Below, piece by piece: positions 54,088-63,900 of a stretch of 64,000 bases of DNA. The notes under the pieces are model-generated. The model saw nothing but the letters and a program-made list of their open reading frames with translations. It had not been told where the DNA came from and searched no databases. The DNA comes from an uncultured delta proteobacterium (GTDB lineage: Bacteria; Desulfobacterota; Desulfobacteria; Desulfobacterales; Desulfosalsimonadaceae), in contig CAWGYD010000006.1 in assembly GCA_963826785.1 (NCBI GenBank), forward strand, positions 416,001-480,000, in the 5' to 3' direction. The position numbers and the translations under genes are program-made. Every line of letters begins with the position of its first letter. The first letter of the stretch is position 1.

Positions 54088-54801
54088 TTATGATTGCCCC
54101 CGGTTCTTGCTGCCGGCAAACGCCCCGTTGATGATCAATCCGTCGCGGATGTGAATGGTCCGCCGGGCGTGGCGGGCCACTTCGGCGTCGTGGGTGACCA
54201 TGATGATGGTGATGCCGTCGGTCGCGTTGAGCTGTCCGAACATGTCTAAAATCTCGGCGCTGGTCTGGGAATCGAGGTTCCCGGTCGGTTCGTCGGCAAA
54301 CAGCACCGGCGGATGGTTGACCAGGGCGCGGGCGATGGCCACCCGCTGCTGCTGGCCGCCGGAAAGCCGTGAGGGCTCATGGTGCAGGCGGTCCTTCAGC
54401 CCCAGGCGGCAGAGCATTTCTTCGGCCCGCCGACGGGATTCCCGTTCGGAGATGGTATCGGCCGTGTAGGAAAGCGGCATGGCCACATTTTCAAGGGCGG
54501 TGGTGCGGGGAAGCAGGTTGAAGCTCTGGAAAACAAAACCGAGTTTCCGGTTGCGCAGCATCGCCAGTTCATCTGATGACAGTTGAGACACTTCCTGGCC
54601 CTCGAGCCGGTAATCGCCCGAGGTCGGAAGGTCAAGACACCCCAGGATGTTCATGAGGGTGCTCTTCCCCGAACCCGAGGTCCCCATCAGGGCCACAAAT
54701 TCACCCCGGCCGACACTCAGGGAAACCCCTTTGAGTACCGGGACATCCTCGTCGCCCATGGGGTAGGTTTTGTAAATATCGCTCAGTTCGATCAATTCCA
54801 T
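54088..54801 (-). CDS. ABC transporter ATP-binding protein (MacB/LolD type)
   Basis: GTSGSGKS, LSGGQQQR, ADEPTGNLD, VTH. Confidence 0.94.
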   Translation of the reverse strand: MELIELSDIYKTYPMGDEDVPVLKGVSLSVGRGEFVALMGTSGSGKSTLMNILGCLDLPTSGDYRLEGQEVSQLSSDELAMLRNRKLGFVFQSFNLLPRTTALENVAMPLSYTADTISERESRRRAEEMLCRLGLKDRLHHEPSRLSGGQQQRVAIARALVNHPPVLFADEPTGNLDSQTSAEILDMFGQLNATDGITIIMVTHDAEVARHARRTIHIRDGLIINGAFAGSKNRGQS

Positions 54802-54826
54802 GACACTGCGCTCCAGCGGTCTGTCA

Positions 54827-56155
54827 TTATTTGGATTTCCCGGACGAACTCCGGCGCCGGAATTGCGGTGCAAACGGGTTGCGGGCATCGGATTGATCGG
54901 CGCTCTGCTGGGACTGAATGCCGGTGACGACGTTTGTCCCTTCTGAAATGCCGTTTCCGCTGATCGCCGTCATCGCCCCATCGCTCAAGCCAACAGACAC
55001 CTGCACCGGTTCCACATAGGGGCCTTTCAGGACCCAGACCTGCCCGGTGCGCGGCCCGCCGCCCTGTTCCGGGGAGGCCGCCGACTCGGATGCGTTTGTA
55101 AAATCTTCCCTGAGCGCGGGCGCCACCTGGTCTGCCGAAGGGGACCATCTCAGGGCCGTGTTGGGCACCTGCAGGACGTCTTGAACCCGGCCGATCTCGA
55201 AGGCCACGTTGGCCGTCAGGTAAGGAAGAAGGCGGCCGCTGGAGTTGTCCGTGGTGATTTCCACCGTGTAGGTGACCACATTCTGGGTCATGGAGGCATT
55301 CAGCCGGACTTTGCGAACGGTTCCGGTGAAGGTCTCACCGGGAAAGGCGTCCACGGTGAAGGTCACCGGCTGCCCCGGCCGAATCTTGCCGATGTCCGCC
55401 TCATTGACGGCCACCCAGACCTGCATGCGGGTCAGGTCCTTGGCGATCAGAAAAAGGCTGGGGGCGTTTAGGCTCGCCACCACGGTCTGTCCGATATTGA
55501 CCCGCCGGTCGATGATCACCCCGTTCACCGGCGAGGTGATGGTGCAGTAGCCAAGGTTCTGCCGTGCCTGCTCAAGGCCCGCCTCGGCCTGGGCCACCGC
55601 GGCCTCGGCCTGCAGGATGGCGGCGTCCCCCACGCTGACATTCGCCTGGGCGGTTTCATAGGCGGATTGATACGCATCATAGCTGGACTGGGCCAGGGCT
55701 TCCGACGGTCCGAGCTTCTGGGCCCGTTTCCAGTCGAGCTGCGCCTGGCGGAATTTGGATTTCATCTGTACCAGATCGGCCTGGGCGCGCTGAAGGCCCG
55801 CCCGGGCGGATTTCACCTGTGCCTCGGCCTGGGCTTCAGCGGACCGGTAAAGCGAGTCATCGATCCGGGCCAGCACGGTTCCCGCCTGGATGGTCGAACC
55901 GTAATCCACCGCGTTGCCGTCCACGTCCTTGCCGAAAGAAAGGATCTGTCCGGCCACCCGGGCGCCGACATCGATCACCTCCTCCGGCTCCACGGTGCCG
56001 GTGGCGCTGATGGTGACCCGTATATCGCCCCGCGTGACCGGTGCGGTCCGGTAGCGGACGTCCGGTTCGCCGTTTTTCCGGACATACCAGGCCCCCGTCC
56101 CCAACAACAAAACGATGATGGCCAGAACAACCATCCCTTTTTTCATGTATTTCAT
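54827..56155 (-). CDS. MacA-like periplasmic adaptor
   Basis: N-terminal TM, ATGTV, ITSPVNGV, GQTVVASL.AP.LF, EADIG. Confidence 0.92.
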   Translation of the reverse strand: MKYMKKGMVVLAIIVLLLGTGAWYVRKNGEPDVRYRTAPVTRGDIRVTISATGTVEPEEVIDVGARVAGQILSFGKDVDGNAVDYGSTIQAGTVLARIDDSLYRSAEAQAEAQVKSARAGLQRAQADLVQMKSKFRQAQLDWKRAQKLGPSEALAQSSYDAYQSAYETAQANVSVGDAAILQAEAAVAQAEAGLEQARQNLGYCTITSPVNGVIIDRRVNIGQTVVASLNAPSLFLIAKDLTRMQVWVAVNEADIGKIRPGQPVTFTVDAFPGETFTGTVRKVRLNASMTQNVVTYTVEITTDNSSGRLLPYLTANVAFEIGRVQDVLQVPNTALRWSPSADQVAPALREDFTNASESAASPEQGGGPRTGQVWVLKGPYVEPVQVSVGLSDGAMTAISGNGISEGTNVVTGIQSQQSADQSDARNPFAPQFRRRSSSGKSK

Positions 56156-56222
56156 TTTGTTCTCCGATGATTCTTGGCATCTTAAATCCGGATGATCGAT
56201 TCGCTCCGGATGTTTTGTTTTT

Positions 56223-56888
56223 TCATTCATCCATCCAGGGCTGGTGCTTCCGCATCTCGCGGATGCCGGCCAGGCTGAATCGGGTCACGTGGTCCGCAAA
56301 CGTTTCCACATCCTCCAGGAGGGGTTCGACCGGGACGGACGGCTTTCCGGGGGGCGCCAGCCGCCTGCGCCGCTCCCGGAGCATCGGCCCGAAACACTGG
56401 GCCCGGATGCTCATCTGGCAGAGCCGGACTTCCTTTTCAGTGGCGGCTTCGCCCAGAAGCTCCCTGACCAGGGCGGAAAGATCGCGGAACACCGGTTCCA
56501 GCGATTCCTGAAGAATGCCGGTGAGCAAACCCGTGGGATTGGCCATTTCCTTGTGAACAATGTCAAAGGCGTGGCTTTGGGGGTCTGAAATCCGGCGCAT
56601 GAAGGAAAGGATCCGTCCCCGGAGCCGTTCTTCGGCCGGCGCATCCGGCGCGACGCCGCCGTCCGGCGGATACGCTTTCAATGATCTGTTAAAGGCATGG
56701 CGCCAGCTTTCCACATAGAGCGCTTCCTTTCCGCCGAAGTGGTAGTTCACCGCCGCCATGTTGGCCCGGGCCTTTCCGCAGATCTCCCCGATGGTCGCCT
56801 CCCAGAATCCTTTGGCCGCAAATATTTCGCAGGCGGCTTCCAGCAGGAGGCTTTTGGTCTTGACACCGTCGCTTCGTTGTTTTCGCAT
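56223..56888 (-). CDS. TetR-family regulator (CecR/DUF1956-like)
   Basis: FAAKG..ATI.EI...A.AN.AAVNYHFGGKE.LY; C-terminal RFSLAGI. Confidence 0.9.
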   Translation of the reverse strand: MRKQRSDGVKTKSLLLEAACEIFAAKGFWEATIGEICGKARANMAAVNYHFGGKEALYVESWRHAFNRSLKAYPPDGGVAPDAPAEERLRGRILSFMRRISDPQSHAFDIVHKEMANPTGLLTGILQESLEPVFRDLSALVRELLGEAATEKEVRLCQMSIRAQCFGPMLRERRRRLAPPGKPSVPVEPLLEDVETFADHVTRFSLAGIREMRKHQPWMDE

Positions 56889-56899
56889 GGGTCGTCTCC

Positions 56900-56938
56900 T
56901 TAATTCAAATGGATAATTTAAATTAAAATTTGAATTAA
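56900..56938. promoter_or_regulatory. Palindromic operator upstream of the TetR/efflux operon
   Basis: ttaattcaaat (56900-56910) / atttgaattaa (56928-56938) with central tttaaa. Confidence 0.7.
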
Positions 56939-57086
56939 TCAAGAAAAATTTGGCGACCCTGTAAAAACCTGACTTACAAAAGGGTATAATTACTTGATGG
57001 TTTGAGAAATGAACTTGTCAAAGGAAGTCGTTCATATTAGCCTTTTTCCGGTTTCTGAAAATTTCTGCGCGCGGGGAGTTTTATAA

Positions 57087-57317
57087 ATGGCTTACGAAAT
57101 GACCTATTCCCAAGACCGGTGCTCCGGCTGCCTCCGGTGCCGGATGGCCTGTTCGCGGGCCTATGCGGGCTGCATCCGGCCGTCGGTTGCCCGCATTGAC
57201 ATTGATTTTGAAACATCGGATTACCGGGCCCTGTTTACAAAGGATTGCAATGCCTGCGGAATTTGTGCCCAGGCGTGTCTCTTCGGCGCCCTGGCCCGGC
57301 GGAAAAAGGGGGATTGA
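57087..57317 (+). CDS. 2x[4Fe-4S] ferredoxin
   Basis: CSGCLRCRMAC and CNACGICAQAC. Confidence 0.9.
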   Translation: MAYEMTYSQDRCSGCLRCRMACSRAYAGCIRPSVARIDIDFETSDYRALFTKDCNACGICAQACLFGALARRKKGD

Positions 57318-57318
57318 C

Positions 57319-59106
57319 ATGGCAGTGGGCGGGTTTGCCGGAAAAATTCTGTTCGTGGATTTGACGCAAAAGCAGGTCCGGACGCAGCCTCTCGAGGAGG
57401 CCGCCATGCGCGATTATATCGGCGGCCTGGGTACCTGCATCAAGCTGGCTGCGGATCACATGAGGCCGGGTGTCGACCCCCTGGCACCGGAGAGCGTGTT
57501 CGTGCTGGGGGCCGGTCCCCTGGTGGGAACGGACGCGCCTTCTTCCTCGCGCCTCTATGCGGTGGCCCGGCTGCCGGCCAGCCGAACGGTGGGATGGTGC
57601 GGGGCCGGAGGGTACCGCTTCGGCGCGCAGATGAAGTATGCGGGATACGACCACATCGTGATTTCCGGCAGATCCGAAACCCCGGTCTGGCTGGACATCG
57701 AAGATGACCGGGTGCGCATTGTCGATGCGGGTTCATTGTGGGGGCTGGGGGTGGAGGCTGCCGGAGACCGACTCCGTCAGCGCATCGGCGCTTCGGCGGG
57801 CGTGCTGGCCATCGGTCCGGCCGGAGAAAACCGCTCCGTTATGGCCATGGCCTTCGTGGACGCCATCTCTACCCTGGGCCGGGGCGGCTTCGGCGCGGTC
57901 ATGGGATCAAAAAACCTCAAGGCCATCGGGGTGCGGGGGAGCGGCGCGGTGGGGACAGCCGACGCTGCAGGGTTTGAAAAACGGGTGGAATCGCTCGTGG
58001 ATGCCGTCAGAACCTATCCCTACCTTCAGGAATGGCAGGATCTGGGCATGCTCAAGGCCTTTCCCGTGGTGGATAAGGCCGTTTATGAAAAATTCAAACT
58101 CCGTCGCACCGCCTGCGTTTCCTGCCCGGTGGGATGCAAGGACATCATCTCCATCCCCGACGGCCCCTTTGCCGGCCTGGAAAAGCAGACCTCTTCGGCC
58201 ATCAACCTGTTTACCCCCCTGCTCTACGGCATCAAGGACCCTGCCGAGGCCATCAAGCTGGTGACGGTGCTCGATTCCCTGGGCCTGGACATGTTCGAAT
58301 TTTTCGGACTGATGAAATTGATGCGGGATTTGTACAATGCCGGCGTGGCGCGTCTTGAAACGGGGGAGCCAGAATTCGATCTGACGTCGCTTTCCTCCAT
58401 GATGTTCTGGGCGGAGAAAACAGCCAACCGTGAAGGGACCGGCGATCTTCTGGCCGACGGCATCACGGCGGTTCTTGATCGGTTCGGCCCGAAAGCCGAA
58501 AAATATGCCCCGCCGGTGATCAAGGGGATGCAGCCTTATGCCGGTCCGGGGGCGGCGATTCCCTGGGACCGGTTCGGCACCATGGAACTGGGCCAGGTGC
58601 TCGATCCCCGGGGGCCCCACGTGGGGTCCGGCGGGTCGCCCACCTATTTCGCCCTGCGACCCCTGTCGGTCTTTCCCAAGCATCTCAAGCGGATGGGCGT
58701 GCCTGATGACGCGCTGGACCGGATTCTGGGCCCCGGCCGGGATGAACTGCATGTGGGGCGGCTTTTGAAATTTTCCCATGCCTGGTTTGCCATCCTGGGA
58801 TCACTGGGGATCTGCGCCCGGGGGCAGGTCAACCGGTTCTACAGCGCAGACCGGTGCGCCAAACTCTACGAGGCGGCCACCGGCATTCCCACCACCACGA
58901 AGGATCTGGTGCAGCGGGCGGACCGGATATGGACCCTGCTCCGGCAGTTGAACGCCGGGCAGGGCCTGGATGAATTCGCCGAAGCACTTCCCGAAAAATG
59001 GTTTGCCCATCCCGGATTCAAGGATTACCTCACCGGAAAGCCCCTCACCCGGGCAGAAGCCGAAGCCATTAAAGACGAATATTTCCGGGAGTGGGGCTGG
59101 CGTTAG
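57319..59106 (+). CDS. Aldehyde:ferredoxin oxidoreductase family (W/Mo-pterin)
   Basis: AGYDHIVISG, IGPAGEN, GRGGFGAVMGSKNLKAI, CVSCPVGC, LGLD, YFREWGW. Confidence 0.92.
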   Translation: MAVGGFAGKILFVDLTQKQVRTQPLEEAAMRDYIGGLGTCIKLAADHMRPGVDPLAPESVFVLGAGPLVGTDAPSSSRLYAVARLPASRTVGWCGAGGYRFGAQMKYAGYDHIVISGRSETPVWLDIEDDRVRIVDAGSLWGLGVEAAGDRLRQRIGASAGVLAIGPAGENRSVMAMAFVDAISTLGRGGFGAVMGSKNLKAIGVRGSGAVGTADAAGFEKRVESLVDAVRTYPYLQEWQDLGMLKAFPVVDKAVYEKFKLRRTACVSCPVGCKDIISIPDGPFAGLEKQTSSAINLFTPLLYGIKDPAEAIKLVTVLDSLGLDMFEFFGLMKLMRDLYNAGVARLETGEPEFDLTSLSSMMFWAEKTANREGTGDLLADGITAVLDRFGPKAEKYAPPVIKGMQPYAGPGAAIPWDRFGTMELGQVLDPRGPHVGSGGSPTYFALRPLSVFPKHLKRMGVPDDALDRILGPGRDELHVGRLLKFSHAWFAILGSLGICARGQVNRFYSADRCAKLYEAATGIPTTTKDLVQRADRIWTLLRQLNAGQGLDEFAEALPEKWFAHPGFKDYLTGKPLTRAEAEAIKDEYFREWGWR

Positions 59107-59143
59107 TGTTCGTCCCTGAACAGAGGACACAGCATCGCTCACC

Positions 59144-59173
59144 TCCCCCTCGAGGGGGGCAAAGGGGAGTGTT
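59144..59173. repeat. Single degenerate REP arm
   Basis: tccccctcgaggggggcaaaggggagtgtt between convergent genes. Confidence 0.8.
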
Positions 59174-59204
59174 CGGCCCTCCAGGCCGGAAGTCAATTCT
59201 GTCG

Positions 59205-59819
59205 CTAAATCTTTCCGGACCGGCCGTCATCACAGGCATCGTCTGATTCCATCGGCCTGAAGTTGCGGCTGTCGAAGGCCCTTTCGCAGATCTGGTCGAT
59301 GGTGGTGTCCGGCCCGGCGGTGCGCAGCATCTGCAGGGCGGTTTCATAATCCGGTTCCTCCTCCAGGCGGGGCACCTGCTGTGTATAGACCACCCGGCCG
59401 TTTTCGTCGATGACCACCACCGCACGGGAAAGGAGTCCCGCCAGGGGGCCGTCGGCAATCCGGACGCCGAAACGCTCACCGAAATCCATGTCCCTCAGTT
59501 CGGACAGGGAATAGACGCTGTCCACGCCTTCTTCCAGGTTGAAACGATTGTGGGCAAACGGCAGATCCTTGGAAATACAGAGGATCACGGTGTTGTCCAG
59601 TTGATCGACCACCGAGTTGAACCGCCGGACCGATTCGGCGCACACCGGCGTTTCGATGCTGGGAAAAATGTTTAGAATGATTTTTTTCCCGGACAGATCA
59701 GACAGCGAGACATCTTCAAAATCGGTCCCGGTGAGGATAAATTCCGGCGCTTTTTGCCCGGTTTCGGGTAAGTTTCCCACCGTGTGATGCGTTTTTCCCT
59801 TGTATGTAAATTCGCTCAT
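59205..59819 (-). CDS. tpx: Thiol peroxidase (Tpx-type peroxiredoxin) with C-terminal two-Cys extension
   Basis: FPSIETPVC, ISKDLPFA, GLLSRAVVV, EPDY. Confidence 0.9.
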   Translation of the reverse strand: MSEFTYKGKTHHTVGNLPETGQKAPEFILTGTDFEDVSLSDLSGKKIILNIFPSIETPVCAESVRRFNSVVDQLDNTVILCISKDLPFAHNRFNLEEGVDSVYSLSELRDMDFGERFGVRIADGPLAGLLSRAVVVIDENGRVVYTQQVPRLEEEPDYETALQMLRTAGPDTTIDQICERAFDSRNFRPMESDDACDDGRSGKI

Positions 59820-60057
59820 GGCATCCTCCTTGATTTCAGTTGCTGAATAGTTCATCCCGCCAATCATGTGTAAATCCTCTTTTACGTAAAAACATAACCA
59901 TCAATACCGCATTTTCCATTCATGGGATCATTATTAAGGGAGATTTCCGGTGCGATCCCAGATCATAAATACGACCCGCTTGCATGTAAAAATGCAGGAT
60001 TTCCCCCATATCCGTCTTCGGGTATTCAGGTGTATGATGCTCTCCGGTTCCGGCATA

Positions 60058-60200
60058 AGTGGCTGAACGAAAACCGTTTATTTGCCCAATATCTGCGTCA
60101 GGCTCAAATTTTAATCCTCAAAATACCTCGAGTATTCCTGCGGTTAAAATTTTCGCCTTCCTTGATCTTGAACAAATATCCGGGTTTTCGTTCGGCCACT
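60058..60200. mobile_element. 143-bp MITE-like element with 18-bp terminal inverted repeats
   Basis: agtggctgaacgaaaacc / ggttttcgttcggccact (1 mismatch); interior also imperfectly self-complementary. Confidence 0.75.
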
Positions 60201-60268
60201 ACGTATCGGTTCACCACTGACTATCGACTGCCGCCCCTGGGAAGAGGACTCAAAAAAGGAGGATTTGC

Positions 60269-62224
60269 ATGAAAAAGTCCGTTGCGCTAAAGCTCATCGA
60301 GGCGCACCTGGTTTCCGGTGAGATGTCGCCGGGCAGCGAAATCGGCCTGAGGATCGATCAGACCCTGACCCAGGACGCCACCGGCACCATGGTGATGCTG
60401 GAGCTTGAAGCCATGCAGATCGACCGGGTCCGGACGGAGCTGTCCGCGCAGTATGTGGACCACAACCTGGTTCAGCAGGATTTCCGGAACCCGGATGACC
60501 ATCTGTTTTTGCTCAGTGCCTGCCGGCGTTTCGGGGTGTGGTACAGCCGTCCCGGCAACGGGGTGAGCCATCCGCTGCACATGGAGCGCTTCGGCGTGCC
60601 CGGAAAGACGCTGCTGGGATCGGACAGCCACACTCCGGCGGCCGGTGCGCTGGGCATGCTGGCCATGGGCGCGGGCGGACTGCAGGTGGCACTGGCCATG
60701 GCCGGGGAGCCGACTTTTATCACCATGCCCAAAATCATGGGGGTAAAGCTTACCGGGAAGCTGCCCGACTGGGTCAGCGCCAAGGATGTGATCCTGGAGA
60801 TGCTGCGGCGCCACGGGGTGTCCGGCGGGTTCGGCAGGATCATCGAATATTACGGCCCCGGCCTGGAATCGCTCACCGCCATGGACCGGCATGTCATCGC
60901 CAACATGGGGACGGAACTGGGGGCCACCACCACCGTGTTCCCCTCGGACGGGACGGTCCGGGATTTCTTGCGCATGCAGGGCAGAGAAGATGCCTGGCGG
61001 GAGATCACGGCCGATCCCGATGCCGCATATGACGAGCATGATGAAATCGATCTGTCCGGCCTGGTTCCGCTCATCGCCCTGCCCAGCAGCCCCGGCAATG
61101 TGGTGACCGTGGAGTCGGTGGCGGGAAAGGAAATCTATCAGTCCTATCTGGGATCTTCGGCCAATCCGGGCTTCCGGGATCTGGCCGTGCCGGCCCTGAT
61201 CGTGGCAGGCCGGAAAATCGATGACCGTGTCTCCTTTGATATCAACCCCGCCTCCCGGCAGATCCTGGAGAACCTGATGGATCAGGGCTACATCGAAAAA
61301 CTGGTGCATGCCGGTGCCCGGGTTCACCAGCCCGGCTGCAACGGCTGCATCGGCATGGGGCAGGCCCCGGCATCGGGCTCCATCAGCCTGCGCACGGTGC
61401 CCAGGAATTTTCCGGGCCGGTCCGGCACCAAAAATGATCAGGTCTATCTCTGCAGCCCCGAAACGGCTACCGTGTCGGCGCTGTTCGGAAAGATCACCGA
61501 TCCCCGCAGCATGGATATGAAATACCCGCAGGTGACCGAAACCGTCGGCATCCGGATCAACACCCGGCTTCTGGTCCCGCCGGAAGATCAAAAGGCGCCG
61601 GTTGAGCTTCAGAAGGGGCCGAACATCAAGCCGCTCCCCGAATTCGATCCCCTGCCGGAAGCCCTTGAAGGCCCGGTGCTGTTAAAGACCGGAAATGACG
61701 TGTCCACCGATGAGATCATGCCCGCCGGGCTAAAGACGCTTCCCTACCGCAGCAATATCCCGGAAATCAGCAAGTCCACTTTCCGCCAGGTGGACGAGTC
61801 CTTCTATGAACGGGCCCTTTCCTATCAGAAAAAAGGGAGCTTCGTGGTGGGCGGTGCAAATTACGGCCAGGGCTCCAGCCGGGAGCACGCGGCGCTGGGG
61901 CCGCGCTTCTTGGGCGTACGGGGGGTGATCGCCAAATCCTTTGCCCGCATCCACCATGAGAACCTGTGCAATTTTGGAATCCTGCCTCTCACGTTTAAAA
62001 ATCCGGGCGATTATGAACGGATCGGCAGGGATGATGTCATACGGATTCCGGACCTGCGAAACCATCTTAAGAACGGGATGGAGATCGAGACGGAGAATGC
62101 CGCGAAAAAGGAGCGTTATGCCTTGACCCATCAGCTGACCCGGCGGCAGATCAACATGATACTGGCCGGCAGTCAGATTAATCTGATTCGCGAGAAACTC
62201 AAAAACGAGATCCCGCATTCCTGA
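60269..62224 (+). CDS. Aconitate hydratase (short type)
   Basis: QDATGT, DHN, GSDSHT, GSSAN, CNGCIG, RNFPGR, STDEI, NYGQGSSREHA. Confidence 0.92.
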   Translation: MKKSVALKLIEAHLVSGEMSPGSEIGLRIDQTLTQDATGTMVMLELEAMQIDRVRTELSAQYVDHNLVQQDFRNPDDHLFLLSACRRFGVWYSRPGNGVSHPLHMERFGVPGKTLLGSDSHTPAAGALGMLAMGAGGLQVALAMAGEPTFITMPKIMGVKLTGKLPDWVSAKDVILEMLRRHGVSGGFGRIIEYYGPGLESLTAMDRHVIANMGTELGATTTVFPSDGTVRDFLRMQGREDAWREITADPDAAYDEHDEIDLSGLVPLIALPSSPGNVVTVESVAGKEIYQSYLGSSANPGFRDLAVPALIVAGRKIDDRVSFDINPASRQILENLMDQGYIEKLVHAGARVHQPGCNGCIGMGQAPASGSISLRTVPRNFPGRSGTKNDQVYLCSPETATVSALFGKITDPRSMDMKYPQVTETVGIRINTRLLVPPEDQKAPVELQKGPNIKPLPEFDPLPEALEGPVLLKTGNDVSTDEIMPAGLKTLPYRSNIPEISKSTFRQVDESFYERALSYQKKGSFVVGGANYGQGSSREHAALGPRFLGVRGVIAKSFARIHHENLCNFGILPLTFKNPGDYERIGRDDVIRIPDLRNHLKNGMEIETENAAKKERYALTHQLTRRQINMILAGSQINLIREKLKNEIPHS

Positions 62225-62253
62225 GCCCGATCCATTCGAAAGCAAACAACGCC

Positions 62254-62904
62254 ATGACCCGAATCAAAAAACAGAAGCAGATCATGCTCGAAAAGCATCT
62301 CAAGGGCAGGGGGATAACGGATGAAGCGGTCCTGCGGGCCATGGCCGAGGTCCCCCGGGAAGCGTTTGTCCCCGAATCCCAGGCCGAGTACGCCTACCAG
62401 GATTCGCCGCTTCCCATCGGCGAAGGCCAGACCATATCCCAGCCCTACATCGTGGCGGCCATGACCCAGTTTCTGGAATTGAAACGCCATGACCGGGTTC
62501 TTGAAATCGGCACCGGCTCGGGATACGCAGTGGCGATTTTAAGCCGCATCGTGGATTCGGTCTTTACGGTGGAACGGTATCGGAGCCTCTCGGACAGGGC
62601 GGTGCGCCGATTGACGGAACTGGGCTACGACAACATTGTCTTTATGGTGGGTGACGGAACCCTGGGGTGGCCCGAGCATGCGCCCTATGATGCCATCGTG
62701 GTGACGGCGGGCGCTCCGGAAGTGCCCAGGCCCTTAAAGGAGCAGCTTGCCGTAGGGGGAAGGCTGGTGATCCCCGCCGGTTCGCGGCCCATGGAGCAGG
62801 AACTGATCCGGATTCGCAGGGTCTCTGAAGTCGATTACGAACAGGAATTTCTGGCCATGGTCCGCTTCGTGCCGCTGGTGGGCGAAGCCGGATGGCCGCA
62901 GTAG
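62254..62904 (+). CDS. pcm: Protein-L-isoaspartate O-methyltransferase
   Basis: QTISQPY, LEIGTGSGY, GDGTLG, PYDAI.VTAG, VRFVPL. Confidence 0.95.
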   Translation: MTRIKKQKQIMLEKHLKGRGITDEAVLRAMAEVPREAFVPESQAEYAYQDSPLPIGEGQTISQPYIVAAMTQFLELKRHDRVLEIGTGSGYAVAILSRIVDSVFTVERYRSLSDRAVRRLTELGYDNIVFMVGDGTLGWPEHAPYDAIVVTAGAPEVPRPLKEQLAVGGRLVIPAGSRPMEQELIRIRRVSEVDYEQEFLAMVRFVPLVGEAGWPQ

Positions 62905-63129
62905 CGGGTCCACGTATCCGGGCCGTATTTTCTCAGAGTTTGATCTCTCCTCCACACATCACCCCTTCCGCCGCCCAGCGGCATAAACGCCCCCCTTTGA
63001 CGTCACATGAACCATGCCTTATGTTTTTATCAGGCGCGGGTTGAGCATCAGAACGAAAACGGGTGTGGGATCCATCTTGTTCAGCCCTTGCCCAAACGCA
63101 AACCAAAATCCCATTGGGAGGGATCATAC

Positions 63130-63900
63130 ATGACCAGTGAAGCCGATTTTAAAAAGATACTCCTGGACCGGCGGCGACAGCTCATGGAAGACCGCGATCA
63201 GGCCGAGGCGGTCTGGGACCGGTCACATGAGACGGAAATCGAATTCGAGGAAACCGCGGCCAAAGCCCAGCGGGCCCGGGAATTCGATATCCTGCAGGAG
63301 CGGGAATATGCCGAAATCGGTGCCATAGACCGGGCCCTTGGCAAAATCGATTCCGGCGGCTTCGGAGAGTGTGAGAACTGCGGGGCGCCCATCGGTGAAA
63401 AACGCCTGGAAGCGATTCCCTGGACGACGCTGTGCATCGAGTGCGCCTCCCTTCCGCCCGAGCAAAGGGCGGTGGAAAACCCCGACGAGTTCGAATCCGA
63501 AACCGGGTCGCCGGCAAACGAGCTGACGGATCAGGAAATCAAAGACATGATCGAGGATGAACTGCGTCAGGACGGCACGGTGGAGATTCAAGACCTGGTC
63601 GTCACCAGTGAAAACGGGGTTATCCGCCTTGACGGGGTGCTCCCCAGCCCCACGGAGCATGAATTCCTGATCCGGATTGTCCAGGACGTGCTGGGCTTTC
63701 ATGATTATACGGACAATATTCTCATCGACCGGGTGGCCTGGGAGCGTCGTGACCGGACCCCCGGAAGAAGAGCGCGGCATGAACCGGACAAAGAGATTAT
63801 GATGGGGGGGGAAGAAACCGATGAAAACGTTTACCGGTCCCGGCGGGATGGGACTCCGGTGAGCCCACCGGACAAGTTTGTCCCCGAACAGGATCGCTGA
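63130..63900 (+). CDS. DksA/TraR C4-zinc-finger protein fused to a BON-like domain
   Basis: IDRAL.KI..G.FGECENCG..I...RL.AIPW...CIEC; then LTDQEI...L.V...NGVIRLDG..; ggaggg RBS. Confidence 0.82.
   Translation: MTSEADFKKILLDRRRQLMEDRDQAEAVWDRSHETEIEFEETAAKAQRAREFDILQEREYAEIGAIDRALGKIDSGGFGECENCGAPIGEKRLEAIPWTTLCIECASLPPEQRAVENPDEFESETGSPANELTDQEIKDMIEDELRQDGTVEIQDLVVTSENGVIRLDGVLPSPTEHEFLIRIVQDVLGFHDYTDNILIDRVAWERRDRTPGRRARHEPDKEIMMGGEETDENVYRSRRDGTPVSPPDKFVPEQDR

Noticed and set aside
56945..57086. Moco/Wco riboswitch upstream of the AOR unit
   Set aside because: AT-rich promoter-like sequence with no recognisable conserved structure.
59922..60272. 116-aa ORF upstream of aconitase
   Set aside because: Reads through the MITE-like element and has no protein-like features.
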